From the NCBI GenBank assembly GCA_043228905.1, contig JBHGNT010000013.1, positions 8,060,001 to 8,124,000 of the forward strand: a stretch of 64,000 nucleotides of DNA, written 5' to 3'. Of this stretch, positions 27,253 through 36,646 are shown piece by piece. The notes under the pieces are model-generated. The model worked only from the letters and a program-made list of their open reading frames with translations. It did no database searches and was not told the DNA's origin. The position numbers and the translations under genes are program-made. The DNA is from Azolla caroliniana (taxonomy: Eukaryota; Plantae; Polypodiophyta). The first letter of the stretch is position 1. Every line of letters starts with the position of its first letter.

Positions 27253-27268
27253 TGGCACGCCCGTGGGA
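27253..27268 (+). promoter_or_regulatory. Inverted PBS-like site at the PPT position of element D
   Basis: TGGCACGCCCGTGGGA, 2 nt from the 3' LTR. Confidence 0.75.
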
Positions 27269-27599
27269 AAGTGCCTTGCACTTCGAATCCACTCCCGGCC
27301 TCAGTCTTCCTCCAAAATATCGAGCACACTCTGCTCGATGGTGTCAAGTGGTGCTCCTTCCTCCTGTTCCTGTTCCTTGCCTGCCTGGTCTCCGACCTCC
27401 GGTTGGGTGGGCTGTTCCGTAAAAATTTGCTGCTCCGGCTCTGCTTGATTCTGTGGTGCCGGTGCTTCCTCACCGCTTCGTCCGGGTTCTTCCTGTTCTC
27501 CCTCCGTTCCTGGCTCTGTTCTGTTACCGGTGTCACTTTCTCCGGTCTCGACTGGTCGACTCGATATGCCTCCTTCCTGTGCTCTGGTGTCTTCCGGTC

Positions 27600-28256
27600 T
27601 CAGCTCTTCTTCTTCTCCGGCATCGGTCTGCTCACCCGTGGTTGCATCGTTACTCGTACCTTTGTTTTCCCTCGCCGGAATGTGATCATGTTCTTTTGCC
27701 AGTTCTGCTTGATATGCGCCGTTCGCAGCCATGGTCGTCCTAGCAGTAGGGGGTACGCGCCTTGTACATTCAGCTGCAGCACCACGGCCGATATCCGGAA
27801 TACGTGGCCTCCGATCGTTACTTCCAAATCCCGGATAAGCCCGGTCGGTCGGACTGAGCTAGTATCCGCCATGTGTAACCAGAAGGGGCATGGTTCCCAT
27901 TCCCGGATGCCCAGGTCGTTGCATGTCTGTTGGCTGATTACATTTACCCTGGAGCCTCCGTCAATAATTGTTCCAGCAATTTCCTTTCCTTTCACGATTG
28001 CCGTGATCGCCAGGCTCCTTGTATCGACCACCGCTGGTCCTTCCTCCGGGTTGGAGAAGAATGCCGGTGCTGGTGTCGGCTTCGGTTTGCTGACGGATGC
28101 CTGTAGGTCTGCCGTAAATCGTGGCACTAACTGTAGTAGTCGTGCTAACGGCAGCACGATTTGACAGTTCTGTAGCGCTTGCCACGTCGGGTTTTCTCCT
28201 GGCTGTATGATTTCTTTGTCTTTTGGCATATTTTGGTCTCTTACTTCTGCCGCATT
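27600..28256 (-). pseudogene. Element D aspartic protease, truncated by deletion near 27640
   Basis: IIDGGSRVNVI, LLLGRPWL; joins the end of the extra ORF (27301 to about 27640, EQSVLDILEED). Confidence 0.85.
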
Positions 28257-30179
28257 CTATTCATTGGCCTCCTTGATCCATTGTGTCGCTTGTTTTCTGA
28301 TTGTCTCCTGGGCTTCCCACTCGGCGGTCTTTCCCTTTGACCGGGTTGTGACCTGCTGTACTTCTGTTATTTCGGCTGTAACCATGTTGACTTCCGGCTG
28401 CTTGTCATAGCTTTTGCTTGGGCATTGGTTACTATAGTGGCCTTCCTTATGGCAGTAATAACAGTACACCTTGTGACTGTTGCTCGTTTCTCCTTTGTCC
28501 CCGGTTTGGAGGGTGGGTATGCTCCGGCGGTCGTCTTCGGTTTTTCGGTTATCCGGTAACGATACCAGGTTGTCATTCCTTGCTGCCTCCCGACGTTCCT
28601 CTCTTCGGAAAAATCCACGCTTCTGATTCCGTCGGAAATTTCGGTTCCCTTGTCGCCTCTCTTCTCTGCGTCGTTCATATTCTGGGGATTCGTCTCGGTC
28701 GTACCGGTCCCGGGGGTAGCTATCTCTGCGTCTCTCCTCTCGGTCATAGTTGTCGCGTCTTCTATCAGCGTATCTGTTACCGCGTTCGCGTTGGTAGCGG
28801 TCGTCTCTCCGGAATCGATCCTCGTCCGGGTTCTGATTGCGCGGTTCTATGTGTCGAACCGGTGCTGCCTGCCGATTTAACAGGTTATATTCGCATCGGT
28901 CCGTTGTATGGGCTCGAGAGTTGCAGATCACACATTGTGTCCGCAGGGTGCAGTCTACTGTTGAGTGCCCCGAATTTAGGCATGTTGTACATTGTAAGGC
29001 CTGTCGGAACCTCAGGTCTTCCTCCTTTGGGAGTGCCCGGTGTAACATCCCCATCGACAAGAAGGGGCTAGTCTTGTCCATTTCTAAAACCCGATCAATA
29101 ACTTGGTCCATTGTGCTGGTTTGGAAATCAAGGACTCCGCACATTGTTCGAAGTGGCTCTTTCAGTGCGGCCAGAAAGATTGCTTTGGCTTCGTCTTTGG
29201 GTGGTGCTCTTGTCAGTTGGCTGTGCAGGGTCTGGAACCGAATGATGAATTGTGGCACAGTCTCGTTCTCTTCCTGCCGGGTGGTGTAGAACTGCCCGAC
29301 CAATTCCCTTTGCTCAAATTGTCTGTGAAAAAACCTGAGGAATCTGGCCTTCAAGGCATCGAATGTGGCAAAGTTGCCCGGTAAGTGCTTTGCGTGCCAT
29401 TGGGCCGCCGGTCCTTCTAAGGTTATGCCGAATTCGGCGACTTTGGATCGTTCGGCTTCGGGCTCCGTCAGTCTTTGGGAGACATGGTTGGCTTCCCATG
29501 TTTGGAGGAATGCGTACACGTGTGCCTCCGCGTCGGCCTCATCCCGGTACTTTGGGTATGGGTACGGCATCCTGTCGTCCAACTGACTCTCCTGTTTCCT
29601 CCGCTCTCTGTCCGCTATTGGCGTTGGTGTGAGAACCTTTGGTTCCTCTGCGGGTGTTGCCGGTGTCCGGTCCTTTGGTTCCTCCGCGGGTGTTGTCGGT
29701 ATCCGCTCCTTCGGTTCCTTCGCGGTTGTTGTCGGTATCCGGTCAGCCTTCCTCGGCGATTGCGGGTCACCGAATTCCAGGGTTATTTCTTCCTCTGGCG
29801 CTGGTGTTACGGAGTCTTCCGACCCCTCGTCCTCCCGGTCGTTTGGTGTGTCGTGGCTGCTTTTATACCGGGACGCAACGCTTCCGTCGCTTTCCGACTC
29901 CGCCTCAAGTGTTGCGAATGCTTCCGAGTCCCCGTCGCCCGCGGCGAGCGTCTGCAGTATCGTTTCCGCCTCTTGCAGGCTTGTTATGCTACTGCCTTCG
30001 TCGGGGATTTGCAGAACCCGGAACTGCAGTGCTTCTTCTGCGACTCTCCGAAGAGTTTTGGAGAATGACCGATCCCGCTGGATCTCGTCGACGGCTTGCT
30101 GCAGGGCTTCCCGTCGTTGCTCGCGTTCGGTGTATCGTCTCCCTCGTTCGGTGATGTGGTCGTCGTTTGGTCTAGACAT
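28257..30179 (-). CDS. Element D gag, open frame (likely ATG at 30179)
   Basis: MSRPNDD.. parallels C MTRPTND..; PYPYPKY capsid region; three Cys/His knuckles; single TAG at 28257 in frame with the protease. Confidence 0.85.
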   Translation of the reverse strand: MSRPNDDHITERGRRYTEREQRREALQQAVDEIQRDRSFSKTLRRVAEEALQFRVLQIPDEGSSITSLQEAETILQTLAAGDGDSEAFATLEAESESDGSVASRYKSSHDTPNDREDEGSEDSVTPAPEEEITLEFGDPQSPRKADRIPTTTAKEPKERIPTTPAEEPKDRTPATPAEEPKVLTPTPIADRERRKQESQLDDRMPYPYPKYRDEADAEAHVYAFLQTWEANHVSQRLTEPEAERSKVAEFGITLEGPAAQWHAKHLPGNFATFDALKARFLRFFHRQFEQRELVGQFYTTRQEENETVPQFIIRFQTLHSQLTRAPPKDEAKAIFLAALKEPLRTMCGVLDFQTSTMDQVIDRVLEMDKTSPFLSMGMLHRALPKEEDLRFRQALQCTTCLNSGHSTVDCTLRTQCVICNSRAHTTDRCEYNLLNRQAAPVRHIEPRNQNPDEDRFRRDDRYQRERGNRYADRRRDNYDREERRRDSYPRDRYDRDESPEYERRREERRQGNRNFRRNQKRGFFRREERREAARNDNLVSLPDNRKTEDDRRSIPTLQTGDKGETSNSHKVYCYYCHKEGHYSNQCPSKSYDKQPEVNMVTAEITEVQQVTTRSKGKTAEWEAQETIRKQATQWIKEANE

Positions 30180-30618
30180 CCATCCCCCGGTTGTCCTCTG
30201 CACTTTGCAGGAATCGTGGTCGCCAAAATAGTGTTGTCTGTCTGGCCGGACTAGCCTCAACACAGATGTCTATCCAACACTTCTCCAAAGGGGTGGTAAG
30301 GATTGGATGCTAGGTTACACGCGTAAGATGATTACAATTAAGCACAGACGGTAAACAATACGAGATACAGATAAACACGCAATAATTACTATTGTATTAC
30401 TTTCCGTCCCCTTTACAAATCATCGGATGCTTTTATAGGCATCCGGCAAGGTTACAATCGGTGCGCTTAGGCAACCGACATCCGAATCGGTCCGGATCCG
30501 GATCGGTACAACTGTACCGGATCCGTCCCTCCGAATAATAATTCTACTATTATTTACTTCCTATTATCCGATCCGATTCCGCCTTCCCACTTGTCCTTGC
30601 TCTTCTGATCGGCCAACA

Positions 30619-31967
30619 CTCTGTGGTTCAATTTGTTGGACCAGTGGTGCTTGCCGATTTAACAAGTTATACTCACGCCTTTCCATTGTGTGACTTCTGG
30701 AGTGGCAGAGCAAACATTGGGAACGCATGGTGCATTCCAGCGCCGAATGTTTGGCATTCAGGCATGTCGTACACTGAATTGCTTGCCGGAAACGGAGGTC
30801 CTCTTCCGTTGGTAGTGCTCGCTGAAGGGCGCCCATGGTTAGCCATGAGCTTGAGGTTTCCATTTCCCGAACTCCGTCGATCACTTGATCTATGTTGCTG
30901 GTGTGGAAATCAATAACGGTGCACACTGTACGTAAGGGTTCCCGGAGGGCTGCTAAGAATATGGCCTTTGTTTCTTCCTCCGGTGGTGTCCGGCTGAGCT
31001 GACTGTGGATCCATTGGAACCGGATGACAAACTGTTGAATGTTCTCCGTTGGTTCCTGCCGGATGCTGTAAAATAAGCCTACCATTTCCCGTTGGTCCAT
31101 TTCCTTGTGAAAGAAATGCAAATTTTTTGTCTTTAATGTTTCAAACGTGGGGATGGTGCTGGGATCTTGTGTTCAGTGCCATATGGCGGCCGGTCCCTCA
31201 AAGGTCATGCCGAACTCTACCCTTTTTGAGCGTTCCTCTTCGGTTGCATTTAAGCGTTGAGACACATGGTTCGCCTCGCAAGTCTGCTGAAACGCATGGA
31301 CGTGGGCTTTCGCGTCCGGATCATCCCGGTATCAAGGATATTGGAACGGCATATCGTCGTTTGGTGTCAGTACACGGGCTGGTGGTGTCGGTGGTCGTTC
31401 CTCCTCTTTTGGTGTCAGAGGTTTCTCCCGGTCTTCTGTCGCCGTCAGAGGTCTTTCCTGCTCCTTCTTTGGTGTCGGAGGCTTCTCCTCCTAGACTTCC
31501 GGTGTCAGAGGTCTCTCGTCCTCGACTTCCGGTTCCGGAGTATGGTCAACTTCCGGTATCAGAGTTTCCAGCCCTGTCAATTCTCGTTCCGGTGTCAACA
31601 AGGTATCTGACTCCTCGTCCTCTGGTCCGCCAGGGGTGTCGTTACTGCTGCGGTAGTTCGTCTGCATGTTGTATTCCCCGTCCGAACCCAATTCAAATGC
31701 CGAAAATGCTTCGGATTCGCCTTCCCCCGTTGCCAATGCCTGGAGCAGGGACTCCGCTTCCCGAAGGCTGCTTAGGTTGCTTCCTTCGTCTGGGTAGGCG
31801 TTTTGTGGTAGCCGAAGTGATTCCTTGGTCACTCTTCAGATCACTTTTGAAAATGAGCGATCCACTCTGATTTCTTCTGCCGCTTGCTGGAAAGCCTCTC
31901 GCTTCCTCAGTCGTTCAACAAGTCTCCTTGCTCGCTCTGTAACCGGGTCGTTCGTTGGTCGAGTCAT
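30619..31967 (-). pseudogene. Element C gag N-terminal part
   Basis: SLREAESLLQALATGEGESEAF, homologous to D gag; CTTCLNAKH knuckle. Confidence 0.88.
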
Positions 31968-32472
31968 CCATTCCTGCCGCTGTTCGCTGCGATTGTGCAG
32001 GAATCGTGGTCGCCAAAAACTGTGTTAATCCTTAGGGCCGGACAATGGCCTAACACAAGGTGTCTCCGGAAGACACTTCACCAAAGGGGTGTTACGGCAA
32101 GATAACTCAAGACACAACGATTAATCCGACTTAATTGGCTACTTAGCAATAAGGCATTCACTTAATACACGCGTAAGATATAACAATTAATACAGAACGG
32201 TAATCAATACGTGAAGATATAACAAGAAGCTTATATTAATTCTCCGTTAAAGTTATACATTGTAACCGGGCCTTTATATAGGTCACCGGTGCGGCTTACA
32301 AAAACGGTGCCAACTGGCACCTGTTCGGAACCGGTCTGGATCCGGATCGCCATACCGATTCCGGTCCGTTCGTTCACTACATAATTATAATCTACTTTAC
32401 TTAATTAAAATGTATTCCGAATAACCATCCCTTTCACATTCTGGTCTTCGCTCCTTTGCCGGCCGGGTAACA

Positions 32473-33089
32473 TGACCGTGTGGGATCGGGACTGACAGAT
32501 TGGACAATGTGGCCAGTGAGGGCACTCGAGAACCAGATGGCCTAAGCCCGAATAGGCTATGCATTGGAGGGCTTTTCGGAACTGGTTGTCCTCCTGAGGA
32601 AGAGTGCTTTGCAAAGAGCCCATGGAGAAAGTCGTGGTATGCTATGTCGATCGATGGCAAGGATGTGTGCAATGACTTGCTCGATTGTCTGGTTCGAGAA
32701 ATTGGTGAATGCGAGAGTTGTCTGTAGAGGCTCCCGTAGGCTGGAAATGAAGGTATTCGGAATGTGATGAGCGAAGACATCATCGGCCAGTTGTCGGTAG
32801 AGATCCTGAAACCGGATCGTGAACTAGGCGACCGTCTCGTGAAGTTCTTGGCTCATGGAAAAGAACTGCCGGAGCAGTTCGCACTTCGGAACTTCGCGGT
32901 GAAATAATTCTAGAAACTTTGTTTCGACGTCCTGGAACGTTGTGACCTCCCCCACGTCGAAGCGGGAATACCATCGAGCAACTGGTCCATTGAGGATAGA
33001 GCAAATTCAGCGATTTTGGAGGAGTCGATTTCGGCAGCCGATAATCGCTGCGTCGAGTGGTTGGCCTGCCATGTGGACACGAAAGCACG
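32473..33089 (-). pseudogene. Element A gag middle part
   Basis: FVSTWQANHSTQRLS and CPICQSRSHTV; continues from 40119-40324 across element E. Confidence 0.85.
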
Positions 33090-33814
33090 TGTTATGTACA
33101 CATAACGTTGGTGAGGGTAGGTCACTAATATTTACATTAGTGAAGGGTATGTTCACTATTATTAAAAAGGGGACTAATGATTGGATAGAATGAATGATAT
33201 GTGCATGCACTATCATGATTTAGACAACCAATGAATAGAGAGCCTTTTAGAAAGGCACATCTATTCAAGGGGCCTAGGAAAAGGGTATAAATATGAGGCT
33301 TAGCTACCCTCATAGGAAATCACGTCGGAAGGCTGCTGTCGTAGACACCGGTGGTGCGGGCTAGGCTTTCGTCTCGACGATCGTGTTTATCTCTTCCAAG
33401 GTATTAGTCATCCTAATATCCGGCGGTATGGGACGTCGGTGGTAGGTTGGCTATGTCTAGATCATAGCTCGGGGGTGGTCGGGTGGAACGAGTTCTTCTA
33501 TCCAATCTATTTTCTTCCTTTTTACTTGATTTGGTCTATTGATTAGTAATAGAATCTTAACAGTGGTATCAGAGCTTTTACTAACAATTTTTTTGTTGTT
33601 TTGATGTTTTTTGCGTGTGAGCGAGGGGGATCTAACAAGGCTCGTCATGCTCTTCTCAGGATCAAAACAACACTCTAAACCCGGTATTCTTCTTTTTTGA
33701 TCTCTTCTCTTTTTCTATTATGCGTTCTTTATGGTCGAATCAAATTGGTATTACGTTTTATTCTCTTTCTTTCTACCTCCTACTACGCTACAATTTTACT
33801 TATTATTATGCATC

Positions 33815-34245
33815 GGGCCGAGCGTGTTTGCACTAATCGCACACGCTCAACTCATGGCCTTTTGCATATTGCGATATATATCCCACTCTCTCCTCTCTTG
33901 AACTCTTACGATAATAATTATTCTTGTGCATTGGGTCGAGCGTGTTTGCTCTAATCGCACACGCTTATCTCATGGCCGTTTTGCATATGATGTTGAGTAT
34001 ACCACTCTTCCCCTCTATTGAGCCATCACTTGGCCGATTCTAAGGGATGATGTGGCCTTGACGAGGTGTATGTTGCCTACCTATGCCACTCTACTCTCTA
34101 TTAAGCCATCAATTGGCCGATTCTATGGGATGTTGTGGCCTTGACAAGGTATATGTAGCTTACATATGCCACTTTCCTCTTTAATTAGCCATTACTTGGC
34201 CGATTCTAGGGATATGTGGTGGTCTTGAGGAGGTGCATGTCAACT
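33815..34245 (+). repeat. Tandem repeats in the 5' UTR of E
   Basis: Two copies of GAGCGTGTTTGC.CTAATCGCACACGCT..CTCATGGCC and three ~72-bp units containing AGCCAT.A.TTGGCCGATTCTA.GGA. Confidence 0.75.
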
Positions 34246-35236
34246 ACCCTAGGGTTTCGTATCTTAGGGCATGTTTGATTCCATACACCTAATTGTTGAT
34301 TATTCTAATTAAATTTTAATTTCATAAGTATTGTTTCACTTATATGATTTTCTAGTAATTATTATTTACCCGCCCACAATTAACTATCCTTTTTCCACTT
34401 CCTTTTCATGTATAAAGTATTTACATCGTTTATTTTTAATGTAACCTTTACGTGTAGACTATTTTTTTCGTATGGAGTGGCTTGTTGAACGATTTTTTTT
34501 CAACGGGTCATCTAGGTTTAACTCTTATCATCAAGCCTTAGAAAACGAGTAAAACCATATGAGTTCCCTTATTGATGTTTTACTCATGGATTTGAGTATT
34601 ACATCTTTGCGCACAACACCGTCATCACTTGTATCAATTTGTGGCTTATGTCACAATTGTGCAAGTTATAACAATCATATTGGGATGTATATGTGCATAC
34701 CTTGCACTTCCCATTTATTTGTGACATTGTTTTTTTCGTAGGTAACACATGGGTTCTTTTTTTTTTTTACCCTTGTTTTCGACACTACTTAACTCTTATG
34801 AGTAGTGCCTTATTTTATCATTTTATCATCACGTTTGCTTATTGCTCGCAAGACTAGAATATTACTTGTGAGTGCACTTGTTTTTTCACGTAATACACTT
34901 TCTCGACCATATAATACATGATGGGTTGGCATTAATATAAGGCTATCTAGGAAATTTCATTGATGTAAGAACCATGGTTGAGCCTCGGGGAGCCGCCATG
35001 ATTACTCAAGATAGAGATCCGAGAAATACATCTTAGCTATGTTTTCCCCCATGGTTTTTAAAACACCATAGTGTTACCATAGTTATCGGATCTCGAATCA
35101 CATCTCATATGTCTAGAGGGGTAAAGACATGAGATACTTTCTTGGATAAAGTTCTTTCAATCAAAATTTCAAGCATTCATTTTGCTTGTGTATTTTCTGA
35201 ACCTCCTTATTTTATTGCATACCCACAGCGTGCATC

Positions 35237-36646
35237 ATGGAACAAGTTTTGAACGCAGTTGGAACGATCTCTCCAAATGAGACCTCTCAACCCCAATCCG
35301 CATCTCGCACACAAGTTGAGATCAATATTGAGCAATTGCTCACTACTACCTTGAATCAATTGGCCGAAATGAGACAGGCCAATATGGCATTGGAAAAGAA
35401 ATTCCAAGAATTAACTATTGAGTCCAAGAAAGAAGGTGAACCTTCCTTCGTAGTCACGCCTTTCAAGGGAGATAAGAAAGAAAGAACCGAGGAGGCTATT
35501 AGCACTTGGCTTGGTCGTTGGGAGTCTCACTTTGAGCTTCATCCCAAGCCCGATGCAGTAAAAATTGGTTATGTCGGTCGTGAATTAGGTGGCCGAGCTG
35601 CTGCTTGGTGGCGTGGCCTAAGGACCGCAAAAAACTTACCCACAACTTGGGAAGGTTTCGTTGATGTTTTTAAGAAACAATTCTTGCAGCCACCTTCTCA
35701 AACCGAACAAGCGCAACACTTGCTCACATTGTCTAGTAAGCCATTTACCTCTCTCGAGGATTATGTGCATCACGCTCGGACCCAGATCCAAAAATCGGGA
35801 CTTACGGGTGAGAAATGGTTTGTCGCTTGTTTATTGAATGGTATTCCCAATGGGGATTATCATTGGATTGTCCATGACAAGGACCCCACAACTTTCGAGG
35901 AAGCCGTCAACATTGTGCTGCGATACCATAGGACTTCCAAGAAAGACCACAATAAACCTGAGTTCGCCAAAACTCCGAATGTCAAGTTCATTGGGAAACG
36001 TAAGCAATCCAGTGACACTCTTGACCGCGACTCAAAGAAACCGAACCTCTTCTGTGCATATTGCAAGAAGCGGGGCCACACAAAGGATACCTGTCGTCGT
36101 CTTGAGAGGAAGTCAATGAACACCCCTCCTCAAGACAAATCTACGAGTAACACAGGTGAGTCTTTTGATATTGTTGAAGTTCATACCAATCACTTAAGTT
36201 TATGTGAATGCACTTTTCCTTCACATTTACTTGGACCTAATGATTTACTCCGAGCAGTCGGATATATCAATGGAACACAAGCACATTTCTTGTTTGATTC
36301 CGGTAGTTCTCACAATTTTCTTAATGATCACTTTGTGCAGCAAATGGAGCTCCACATAAACGCAAGTGATCATATCTATCAAGTTCACATGGCAAATGGA
36401 AACGTTCAATACATCACTGGCATTGTTTGTCAACTGCCAATTCAAATAGATACTTATTTGGAGAAGCTTGACTTTCATGTTATGAAATTACAATCCGCAG
36501 ATGTCATTTTAGGATATCCTTGGTTTTTTAATAAAAACCCTTCTTTGTCCATTGATTGGGTTAATCACTCAATCACATTTGAACTTAATAATTGTAAACA
36601 TTTTTCAATGTTCCAAACTTCCTTCTCATTCACTTGTGTCTTCTAA
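35237..36646 (+). CDS. Element E gag-protease
   Basis: 469 aa; retrotransposon gag W..F...F, CAYCKKRGHTKDTC, LFDSGSSHNF, DVILGYPW. Confidence 0.95.
   Translation: MEQVLNAVGTISPNETSQPQSASRTQVEINIEQLLTTTLNQLAEMRQANMALEKKFQELTIESKKEGEPSFVVTPFKGDKKERTEEAISTWLGRWESHFELHPKPDAVKIGYVGRELGGRAAAWWRGLRTAKNLPTTWEGFVDVFKKQFLQPPSQTEQAQHLLTLSSKPFTSLEDYVHHARTQIQKSGLTGEKWFVACLLNGIPNGDYHWIVHDKDPTTFEEAVNIVLRYHRTSKKDHNKPEFAKTPNVKFIGKRKQSSDTLDRDSKKPNLFCAYCKKRGHTKDTCRRLERKSMNTPPQDKSTSNTGESFDIVEVHTNHLSLCECTFPSHLLGPNDLLRAVGYINGTQAHFLFDSGSSHNFLNDHFVQQMELHINASDHIYQVHMANGNVQYITGIVCQLPIQIDTYLEKLDFHVMKLQSADVILGYPWFFNKNPSLSIDWVNHSITFELNNCKHFSMFQTSFSFTCVF

Larger units (their letters stand above)
26880..30618 (-). mobile_element. 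Element D: 3.7-kb internally deleted Phygy-like element nested in the gag of C
   Basis: LTRs 26880-27250 and 30232-30618 (about 6 substitutions plus a 16-bp indel); perfect TSD CTCTG; PBS TGGCGACCACGA on the minus strand at 30214-30225. Confidence 0.95.
19992..32472 (-). mobile_element. Element C: Phygy-like gypsy nested in the gag of A
   Basis: 450-bp LTRs 19992-20441 and 32023-32472 (about 96% identical by eye); decayed TSD CGACA/TGACC (ancestral CGACC restores host gag HTVEQC); PBS TGGCGACCACGA on the minus strand at 32004-32015. Confidence 0.93.

Noticed and set aside
30180-30263. ORF-track start of D gag inside the LTR
   Set aside because: Non-ATG start spanning LTR and PBS; homology with C points to the ATG at 30179
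26370-31870. Long plus-strand ORFs (e.g. 27271-28164, 29629-30231, 31049-31870)
   Set aside because: Antisense shadows of GC-rich gag/protease with no independent motifs
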